A DNA stretch of 64,000 bases from Azolla caroliniana (lineage: Eukaryota > Plantae > Polypodiophyta), in NCBI GenBank assembly GCA_043228905.1, contig JBHGNT010000001.1, positions 25,110,001-25,174,000 of the forward strand. Direction: 5' to 3'. Shown here one piece after another: positions 1 through 9,353 of the stretch (positions within the stretch are counted from its first letter, which is position 1; every line of letters starts with the position of its first letter). The notes under the pieces were generated by a model. That model searched no databases. It was not told the origin of the DNA and was given only the letters and a program-made list of their open reading frames with translations. The position numbers were made by a program, and so were the translations under genes.

Positions 1-895
1 TAGGTAAAAGAAATGGAATGGTTGATCTGGCACAAATTCCTTTTAAAAAGTGTATCGCATGTCAATCGCGATCCTCAATGGAAGTACAACCAATGGAAAA
101 ACTAAGATCCTATGGCACAATGGATAAGGCGTTGGTCTACGAAACCAGAGATTCTAGGTTCGATCCCTGGTAGGATCGATTAGGATTAGGTTTCGCTCCT
201 CCAAAATCGGAATACAATGATGACAACGAGACTACTCGGTAATGTTGCGCAATCAATACATGCGTGGATTCCTTGGGGAAGGGATAACATCGTGTATTTG
301 AACGTAATCATCGATCATGACGATGCCGTTTACATATTTTTAATGCGCATTCGCTTGAGGGAACATATGAAGAATGGCTTTCTTGCTTAGGCTCGTCGTG
401 CTCCTGTCTGGCCTAGTTCGAATACAAGAGAGTAGACGCAACAATGTGATGACGCCTAGTTGTTGTATGATATGTATTTGGATGTACTCGTCAACAAGGA
501 TGATGTCGTTTAAAATTTAGAAACAATCTACACGAAGGCCAACACTAAGAATTCACATGCGCGATACTTTTCACTTGGTTAGAGTAGAATGTGCGTATTC
601 GAGATTCAACAATGCAAATTTACGTACAAGTGGAAAAATCTAGCGGTTGGTATCATGAGACAAAAACACCATCTACACATCGGAGGTTCACAATTTGAGA
701 CGAAAACTCTTCTCGAAGGTCATTTGTATGGTCATGAATGCTTTTCTATGGAATACATACGTCATACCGCATAGATTTATCCGATAAACCCATTTAAGCT
801 CATCTCCTTAATGTGGCGAGTAATATAATGGTAAGGTAAGAGACAAGAGATCTTATGAAAAATATGATGATCAAGAAATATGATGAGAAATAAGA
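1..895 (+). repeat. Diverged partial copy of the 1180-bp tRNA-Arg unit
   Basis: Colinear with the array unit but with many substitutions and small indels; interrupted by an LTR at ~900. Confidence 0.92.
106..178 (+). tRNA. tRNA-Arg(ACG), degenerate copy (possible pseudogene)
   Basis: Cloverleaf with C12>A D-stem mismatch and C27>T relative to array copies. Confidence 0.7.
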
Positions 896-899
896 CATA

Positions 900-2950
900 T
901 GAAAAGAATGGTGTGCAGAAGCAATATAGGAAACTGAACAACAGAAAACGCAGGTTTAATGGAAACATTAGGTTTGTACAGTACGCACGGGAGAGAGAGA
1001 GAGAGAGGGTAAACACAAGAACTTAACTCAAAAATAATACTCGATCTGTACATCGTGTGTGTTCGATGAACACTTTTACACAAGTCCCTTTTGGACTGAT
1101 AGAAGTACTGACAGTACTTCAATGCTCATAAGGAGCCCCTACACTAACTCCCAAATATATTCCTTGCGGAATATCATTCTGATGGCCTCCCGGTTTCTGC
1201 ACCGATCCGGCTTTCCTATGCACCAATCTGCATACCGTTTTCTGCACCGATCCGGCCTAATCGATCGGTTCGAACCGATCTAGTCCTTGGCTTGCTCAGC
1301 CGATCCGGCCCATGTTGAGCTTGTCTCTCAAGACTCCCCCTCAAGCTCAACTTGAGGCTCTTCGGGATCTTCCGGATGACCGCTCCGGTTCCTCCTGGCT
1401 CCACGCCTCGCTCGCGCTCCTTGGCCTGTTTGACTCCACGTGCTTCGACCCTTTCGGTTGGTTTGTCTGCTCCCACGGCCCTTCACAGCTCCCTTAATGT
1501 CGCGGTGTTGGCGCTTCTCTTGCCGCCTTCTTTTCCGCTTGGCCCTCGGTTGATTTAGTGTATCTGAATTAAACATCCGAACCGAATTGGCTACCTCCGA
1601 TCGGTTTTCGCTCTCGTTTGAGTTGGCTATCTCCAACTCGTCTTCAGTCTTCTTGCCCTTGATGGTGTCATCTTCCCCATGCTTGGTTGGCTTCGGCTCT
1701 TTCTTTCGGCTGCTCCCCTTATGTCCGCTTTTGGACTCTTCCGCGGATCCGCCCTTGGCTTCTTCAGCCAATCCGAAGTTGAATTCGTCATCCGACTCGG
1801 TGTCGCGGTCTACGTCTTCCGGAACTTCTCTCCCTCTTCCATGTTTGGCACGTCGAGGTGAAGCAACCTAAGCGTACCCGAGAATTGTCGCAACTTGTCC
1901 AGACCAAGAGGCTTGGTGAAGATGTCGGCCGTTTGCCGATCCGTCGGAACATACTAAAGTTCGACTTCACTAGAAAGAACACGCTCACACACAAAATGGT
2001 AGTGCACCTCAATGTGCTTGGTCCGTGTGTGGAAAACCGGGTTCTTCACGAGCTGGATGCTGCTGAGGTTCTCACAGTAGATCGTCCTCGAATCGGACAC
2101 CTCTTGCAGGTCCTTAAGTAGCCGCTTCAGCCATATGGCTTCGCATGTCGCGACAGTTGCTCCTCGGTACTCAACTTCGGTGCTCAACAATGCAACTGTG
2201 GGCTGCTTCTTATTGCTCCACGCTATCGCGACACTCCCGAGAGAGAACGCATATCCGGACGTGGATCAACGATCAGTGGCGTTGCCAACCCAATTAGCAT
2301 CGGTGTAGCCGACCAACTGCGAGGCTGTACCGGTCCGATATAGCAGTCCCGGGTCCTTAGTGCCGCTTACGTACCGTAGTATGCATTGCGCACACTAAAG
2401 GTGCTCCTCGTTAGTGCTTCCTCCGTTTCTCCTTCGACACATGCACATACACAATGCTACCGGAAACTTGTAAGTGTTGCAAGTTCTCCCTCCTTCCGAA
2501 ATACATCTCCTGCACCAACAATTTGTCTTCGATATGGTTCTAGATGTATACCGCGGTCCTTACCGCTTCGGCCCAGTAGAACTTGGCCAAGCTCTTTTCT
2601 TCTAGCATTACCCATGCCGCTTCCACACACGACCGATTTTTCCACTCAGGCACACCGTTTTGCTCCGGCGTGTATCTACAACTAAATTTGCGCTGAATTC
2701 CCATCTGTTGTAGATAAACATTGAATTGACCGGAAAAGTATTCCTTTCTGCCATCCGACTGAAGGCACTTGAAATTTCTTCTTGTTTCCGTTTCCACGAT
2801 CCCATTGCGGTCCCGGAAACAGTCGAAGACTACGCTCTTCGTGTCGATGAGATAGATCCATGTGTGCCGAGTGTAGTCGTCGATGAAGGAGACGAAATAT
2901 CGGCTCCCGCCAAGACTAACGTTTTGTTCCGGCCCCCACACATCGAAGTG
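900..2950 (-). mobile_element. Truncated, internally deleted Ty1/copia LTR retrotransposon (integrase, RT end/RNase H, PPT, 3' LTR)
   Basis: Minus strand: integrase (HFDVWGP, YFVSFIDDYTR, YTPEQNGV, FYWAEAVRTAVY; ~2410-2950) joined directly to RT end/RNase H (GYTDANW, STEVEY, IYCENLSSI, NPVFHTRTKHIEVHYHF; ~1850-2400), with stop codons. PPT complement CTCCCCCTCAAG at 1334-1345. LTR ~900-1333; left boundary approximate. Confidence 0.9.
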
Positions 2951-3611
2951 TATCACGACGATAATCATCGATCACGACGATATTGTTTACATATTATTAA
3001 AGCGCATTCACTCGAGGGAAAATTTGAACAATGCCTTTCTTGCTTACGCTCGCCGTGCTCCTGTCTGGCCTGGTTTGAATACAAGTGAGAAGACGCAAGA
3101 ATGTGATGACACCTAGTTGTTGTATGATGTGTGTTTGGATGTAGTCCTCAACAAGGATGACGTCGTTTAAAATTTAGAAACAATCTACACGAAGGCCACT
3201 GCTAAGACGTCGCATGCACGATACTCTTCATTTGGATAGAGTAGAATGTGCGTATTCGAGATTCAACGATGCAAATTTACGTACGAGAGGAAGAACGTCG
3301 CGGCCGGGATCATGAGACGAGAACGGTATCTACATATCGGAGATTGACAGTTTGAGACGAAAACTCTTCTCGAAGGTCATTTTTATGGTCATGCATGCTT
3401 TTCTATGGATTGCATGCGTCACACCGCATACCTTTATCCGATAAACCCATTTAAGCTGATCTCCGTAATGTGGCGAGTAATAGAATGGTAAGGTAAGTGA
3501 CAAGAGATCCTATGAAAAATACGATGATCAAGAAATATGATGAGAAATAAGAGATCCTATCCGATCCCGTGCGAGATCTTCATTCCTTTCACATTTCGAT
3601 GAATGGTCAAA

Positions 3612-3684
3612 GATCCTATGGCCTAATGGATAAGGCGTTGGTCTTCGAAACCAAAGATTCTAGGTTCGACCCCTAGTAGGATCG
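3612..3684 (+). tRNA. tRNA-Arg(TCG), in old unit
   Basis: Identical to the array TCG gene; intact cloverleaf. Confidence 0.88.
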
Positions 3685-3949
3685 GTTTAGAATCGTGACC
3701 ACCCTAGTGTACGGACACGATGACCAAGAATCATTCACGGAGTCATAATGCGCATCCGTCTCGACCGTCTAGAAAATGCGTGGATCTTGTATCCACTGTT
3801 TTGGCTTAATGGATGCATTCATTTACGAGGATGATGATGTTGAATAGGTAAAAGAAATGGAATGGTTTATCTGGCACAAAATCCTCATCAAAAGTGCATC
3901 GCATGTCAATCGCGATCCTCAATGGAAGTAGAACCAATGGAAAACCAAA

Positions 3950-4022
3950 GATCCTATGTCCCAATGGATAAGGCGCTGGTCTACGAAACCAGAGATTCTA
4001 GGTTCGATCCCTGGTAGGATCG
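3950..4022 (+). tRNA. tRNA-Arg(ACG), G10>T variant (possible pseudogene)
   Basis: GATCCTATGTCCC...; the A-box/D-stem G10 is mutated. Confidence 0.7.
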
Positions 4023-4781
4023 ATTAGGATTAGGTTCCGCTTTTGGAGAATCGGAATACAACGAGACTGTTGCGCAATCAATACATGCGTGGATTCCTTG
4101 GGGAAGGGATAACATCGCGTATTTGAACGTAATCATCGATCACGACGATGCCGTTTACATATTTTTTTAATGCGCATTCGCTCGAGGGAACATATGAACA
4201 ATGCCTTTCTTGCTTACGCTCGCCGTGCTCCTGTCTGGCCTAGTTTGAATACAAGCGAGTAGACGCAAGAATGTGATGACGCCTAGTTGTTGTATGATGT
4301 GTATTTGGATGTAGTCCTCAACAAGGATGACGTCGTTTAAAATTTAGAAACAATCTACACTAAGGCCACCACTAAGACGTCGCATGCGCGATACTCTTCA
4401 TTTGGTTAGAGTAGAATGCGCGTATTCGAGATTCAACGATGTAAATTTACGTACGAGTGGAAGAACCTAGCGGTCGGTATCATGAGACGAGAACGGTATC
4501 TACACATCGGAGATTGACAGTTTGAGACGAAAACTCTTCTTGAAGGTCATTTGTATGGTCATGCATGCTTTTCTATGGATTGCATGCGTCACACCGCATA
4601 CCTTTATCCGATTAACCCATTTAAGCTCATCTCTGTAATGTGGCGAGTAATAGAATGGTAAGGTAAGTGACAAGAGATCCTATGAAAAATACGATGATCA
4701 AGAAATATGATGAGAAATAAGAGATCCTATCCGATCACGTGTGAGATCTTCATTCCTTTCACTTTTCGATGAATGGTCGAA

Positions 4782-4854
4782 GATCCTATGGCCTAATGGA
4801 TAAGGTGTTGGTTTTCGAAACCAAAGATTCTAGGTTCGACCCCTAGTAGGATCG
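4782..4854 (+). tRNA. tRNA-Arg(TCG), degenerate; LTR inserted just after 3' end
   Basis: C25>T and C32>T relative to array copies; followed by A then TGTTAAC (LTR). Confidence 0.7.
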
Positions 4855-4855
4855 A

Positions 4856-5262
4856 TGTTAACTCTTAGGGCCGGACAATGGCCTAACACAGGATGTCTAC
4901 GGAAGACACTTCACCAAAGGGGTCTTACGGCAAGAGGATTAGGCTCAATGATTAATCCGACTTAATGAGGTTACTTAGCAAGATCGTCCTTAATAATCAC
5001 ACGCGTAAGATATAACAATGAATGCAGAACGGCAATTAACATAGAGAGATAAAAACACTAAGCTTCATTAATTATCCGCTCCACATTACATTGGATCCGA
5101 GCCTTTAAATAGGTTTCTGGTTTATAGTACAAAACGGTGCCATCCGCACCTGTTCGGGATCGGTCCGGATCCGGAACGGCATACCGATTCCGGTCCGTCC
5201 GTCCACACTAATAGCTTACTTACAACCATTCCTTAATAATTAAATAACTCCTTTGTTTCACA
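4856..5262 (-). mobile_element. LTR (~407 bp) of a retrotransposon
   Basis: Termini TGTTAAC...TTTCACA (TG..CA). Minus-strand TATA-like CCTATTTAAAGG at ~5102-5113 followed by T-rich R/U5-like sequence. Confidence 0.65.
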
Positions 5263-6247
5263 CTCTGGACTCCTTTGTCGGCCGATAACACATGGCACGC
5301 TCGTGGGACAGTACCTTGTACGTTGAATCCACCATCTGGCCCTTGCTATTCTTCGTCCAAAATATCCAGAATGCTTTGTTCGTGAGTCTCCAATGGTTCA
5401 TCTGGAATTGGTTGTTGTTGTTATTGTTGTGGTTGCTATTGCTGCTCCGTTGATGTTTGCTGCGACTGGTCCGTTGGTGGCTGCTGCGGCTGCTCCTCCG
5501 TTTGTTGCTCTGACACCGGCATTTCCGTCGTTTCTCCCTCCATCGTAGTGGTCTCCGGTTGAATGGTTCTGGCCTGGCCCTCGTCTGGCGATGGTTCCTC
5601 ATCACTAAGGTTAACCGTTGCCGCTTCCCGTGCTTTTTCTTCCCGAACTCGGGACCGCTCGTAGCCCTCAAACTGGATTTGAGCGTCTAGCATATCATCA
5701 TCTAGCTGAGCTACGAGTTGCCAGACATACACCAGCTGTTCATCCGTCAGGACTTGGAAGGCTTCAGCCAGCTCGTCCCGTATGGCGGTGAAGTCCTCAG
5801 AAGTCAACGTGTAACAATCATCTCCTTCCTTCCACCGGTTTTCCACGTCTACCCGTAGCAATTGGAGTTCCGCCGTATTTTGTCCCAACTTTGTCCACCA
5901 TCTTACGGAGCTTTCATCAATCAAGCGTTTTGTCTGATTCAGCCATGCCCGGAGGATGCACTGAATCCGCGCCGTTCCAATTTGCAATTTGATCTCCGCA
6001 ACTTGCCGTTCCTCCTTCAATTGCTTGATGATTTTGATGTTGTCTTCCGCCTGCTCCTTGTAATGCGTCAATTGCCGTCTGCTTGATATGTGCTTTGTAA
6101 TTTTTGCAATACCGTTGACGCTCTCTCCCTTTCTTCCTACTGCTGCCTCTGGAGCTCCATTCGGACCTTCTCCGCCTCGTCAAACCGTTTTGTATTTTCC
6201 GCTCGTTCGTCAGCGAGCGCCGTTGTCGTGAAGATTTTGGGCAATAG

Positions 6248-7112
6248 TGTGAAAATCCCATAAAACGTACGAAATCGAGTATGAATCACATAATACAATA
6301 ATTGTGAAGATAACATTTTTAATATCTAAGTACAAAATGATGGAGGTTTCGAATGCACTTTATTACACGAGAAATGGACAACTAAATGTCAAGATATGAG
6401 GGTATAAAGTTTGTGAAAAGAAAAGAGAAAATTGTGAGATATCCCACATAGGCACGACAAATACGGCTCTCATCATATATAAGGTGGAGCAAAAGATATT
6501 ATCTTTGTGTCTATGTGTGGAGCATAGAGAGTTCAAGGTAACTTGAACTAAGAGTGGAGGTGGCTAGCTACTCGTAAAGGGTTTTGGCCAACCAAAACCG
6601 GACCGGCGATGGAGCCGGTTATCCAACGGCATCCGGCGGCGGCATCCGGCACCGGTATCCGGCGAGGCACCGGTAACCGACGGCATCTGGCGTCGGCGTC
6701 GGCATCCGACAGCAGCACCGGTATCTGGCGACGGTATCCGGCGAACCGGCGACTAGATAAATAAATATATAAATATATAAATATATATACATATTTACAT
6801 ATACAAGGAGGGCAAGTATGGATTCGAACCTTGCACCTCCAAGTTAGGAGTCAATTGGCTTACCATTAAGCCATGCTATTTAGTTGAAATTATATTTCTA
6901 TCATTGTACTTTTACATGTAAATTCTCATACATGAGAGCTAAAATGAGTGACATGGTTAGCATGCACCACATGTAATACTTAAGCGCCAAATGGCAAACA
7001 TGCAATTTATGCATGTCTTGTACCCTCACATGCATCATATGCCTGAGAGCATCTATAAAAGAGGGAAGGGGGAGGAGAAAAAACACGGTTTTTATTATGA
7101 AAATTAAGAGGA
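6248..7112 (+). mobile_element. Nested non-coding insertion, probably a truncated LTR
   Basis: Starts TGTGAAAATCCC and interrupts the coiled-coil ORF. Contains a GGCATCCGGC-like minisatellite (~6625-6750), an AT run, and CTATAAAAGAGGG at ~7053. No clear right terminus. Confidence 0.5.
6808..6880 (-). pseudogene. tRNA-derived (SINE-head-like) sequence
   Basis: Minus strand: TGGCTTAATGGTAAGC (A-box; GCTT/AAGC D-stem) ... TGACTCCTAA ... GGTTCGAATCC (B-box), followed by an AT-rich tail. Acceptor and T stems are broken. Confidence 0.55.
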
Positions 7113-8100
7113 AGAAATTCGTTATCAAATTGATCGTGTAATCTCAACTTCTCTCTTTCCCAATCTATCTTAAGTACTTTCTCGCCAAAGCTTGTATCGA
7201 CTCTAAATCCTTCTGGTCCAGAACCCCGGCGGTTCCGCCTCACGATCTGCACGTAGTGATGGATCTTCACGACACCATCGCGGCCCGATTAACTTCCTGC
7301 CGGAGCTCGGCCATCCGTTCCTTATGCTCCGTTTCCAGCCGTTTGTAGTCCCGATGCAGGTGCTCAAAATCATCTGTCTTTTGCTTGAGCCGTACGTTGA
7401 TCTGTCGACGGGCCCGGTCCTCGCGGTCCTTCTGCTGGCGGAGCTCCTCCTTTAGCCTTTCAATTTCCGTTTCCGTCGTCTTCCGCAGCTTGTCCTTTTC
7501 TTGCAGCACTTTGTCTTTTTCCTCCCTTAGCCGGTCGTACGCTTTATGGCCTTTCCGGAGGCTCTCCTCTGCCCGGCGGAGGTTCTCAGCAGTATTCTTT
7601 AATTTAGTTCTGCCGATGTCTTCAATTCCCGTTCACGGCTCCTTAGCGCTTCTTGTGCGGCAAGTTCATCTCTCAATTCCGCAAGCTCTTGGGCTTGCGC
7701 CACATATCTCTCTGGAACGGTTTCTGTTGCCGGGCTCTTATTAGTATGTACAGGTTGGTCTGGTTCTTTATTCTGTACACTTTCCGGAGTCACCGATGCT
7801 TGGATCTGTGTTGCCGTTAAGGCCATTTTGGCCATTTTAACCGTGACCTGTTCCAAGTCTTTTTCAAGGCACCGGATTCTGGACGGCATCCGACGAACAG
7901 GCGTTCGGCAACTAGATAAATAAATGCGCGGATCATGTATCCGCTGTTTTGGCTTAATGGATGCATTCATTTACGAGGATGATGATGTTTAATAGGTAAA
8001 AGAAATGGAACGGTTTATCCGGCACAAATTCCTCATCAAAAGTGCATCGCACGTCCATCGCGATCCTCAATGGAAGTACATTTTCCAATGGAAAACCGAA

Positions 8101-8173
8101 GATCCTATGGCCCAATGGATAAGGCGCTGGTCTACGAAACCAGAGATTCTAGGTTCGATCCCTGGTGGGATCG
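8101..8173 (+). tRNA. tRNA-Arg(ACG) copy 1
   Basis: GATCCTA-TG-GCCC-AATGGATA-AGGC-G-CTGGT-CT ACG AA-ACCAG-AGATT-CTAGG-TTCGATC-CCTGG-TGGGATC-G. Full cloverleaf, A and B boxes, Arg identity A20/C35/G36. U6-G67 wobble variant. Confidence 0.92.
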
Positions 8174-8931
8174 ATTAGGATTAGGTTCCGCTTCTCGAGA
8201 ATCGGAATACAACGAGACTGTTGCGCAATCAATACACGCGTGGATCCCTTGGGGAAGGGATAACATCGCGTATTTGAGCGTAATCATCGATCACGACGAT
8301 GCCGTTCACATATTTCTAATGCGCATTCGCTCGAGGGAACATATGAACAATGCCTTTCTTGCTTACGCTCGCCGTGCTCCTGCCTGGCCTGGTTTGAATA
8401 CAAGCGAGTAGACGCAAGAATGTGATGACGCCCAGTCGTTGTATGATGTGTATTTGGACGTGGTCCTCAACAAGGATGACGTCGTTTGAAATTTAGAAAC
8501 AATCTACACGAAGGCCACCGCTAAGACGTCGCATGCGCGATACTCTTCATTTGGTTAGAGTAGAATGCGCGTATTCGAGATTCAACGATGCAAATTTACG
8601 TACGAGTGGAAGAACCTAGCGGCCGGTATCATGAGACGAGAACGGTATCTACACATCGGAGATTGACAGTTTGAGACGAAAACTCTTCTCGAAGGTCATT
8701 TGTATGGTCATGCATGCTTTTCTATGGATTGCATGCGTCACACCGCACACCTTTATCCGATAAACCCATTTAAGCGCATCTCCGTAATGTGGCGAGTAAT
8801 AGAATGGTAAGGTAAAGTGACAAGAGATCCCATGAAAAATACGATGATCAAGAAATATGATGAGAAATATGAGATCCTATCCGATCACGTGCGAGATCTT
8901 CATTCCTTTCACGTTTCGATGAATGGTCGAA

Positions 8932-9004
8932 GATCCTATGGCCTAATGGATAAGGCGTTGGTCTTCGAAACCAAAGATTCTAGGTTCGACCCCTAGTAGG
9001 ATCG
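8932..9004 (+). tRNA. tRNA-Arg(TCG) copy 1
   Basis: GATCCTA-TG-GCCT-AATGGATA-AGGC-G-TTGGT-CT TCG AA-ACCAA-AGATT-CTAGG-TTCGACC-CCTAG-TAGGATC-G. All stems Watson-Crick. Confidence 0.92.
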
Positions 9005-9280
9005 GTTTAGAATCGTGACCCTAGTGTACGTCGACATCAAGAACACGACGACCAAGGATCATTCACGGAGTCATAATGCGCATCCGTCTCGACCGTCTAG
9101 AAAATGCGCGGATCTTGTATCCGCCGTTTTGGCTTAATGGATGCATTCATTTACGAGGATGATGATGTTTAATAGGTAAAAGAAATGGAACGGTTTATCC
9201 GGCACAAATTCCTCATCAAAAGTGCATCGCACGTCCATCGCGATCCTCAATGGAAGTACATTTTCCAATGGAAAACCGAA

Positions 9281-9353
9281 GATCCTATGGCCCAATGGAT
9301 AAGGCGCTGGTCTACGAAACCAGAGATTCTAGGTTCGATCCCTGGTGGGATCG
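9281..9353 (+). tRNA. tRNA-Arg(ACG) copy 2
   Basis: As copy 1 (G67). Confidence 0.9.

Larger units (their letters stand above)
2962..4854 (+). repeat. ~1.6 diverged copies of the tRNA-Arg unit
   Basis: Colinear with the array unit from TAATCATCGATCACGACG to the 3' end of a TCG gene; older haplotype. Confidence 0.93.
5263..7865 (-). pseudogene. Disrupted coiled-coil ORF of a retroelement (accessory or gag-like), split by an insertion
   Basis: ORF fragments 7599-7865, 7267-7509, ~7113-7270 and ~5263-6245 are E/K/R/Q-rich and heptad-like, broken by stops and frameshifts, and end at the LTR. No RT or INT motifs seen. Confidence 0.55.

Noticed and set aside
8174-8187. ATTAGGATTAGGTT as telomeric repeat, and TAAACCC (8761) as telomerase template
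   Set aside because: Only two imperfect units, and the putative template is too short, without other telomerase RNA features.
8420-8870. Box C/D snoRNA or hammerhead ribozyme in the spacer (several RTGATGA motifs)
   Set aside because: I found no CTGA D box downstream and no CTGATGA core on either strand; an Rfam scan should confirm.
8174-9280. 5S rRNA or U snRNA linked to the tRNAs
   Set aside because: No recognisable 5S, U1-U6, SRP or MRP signature sequence.
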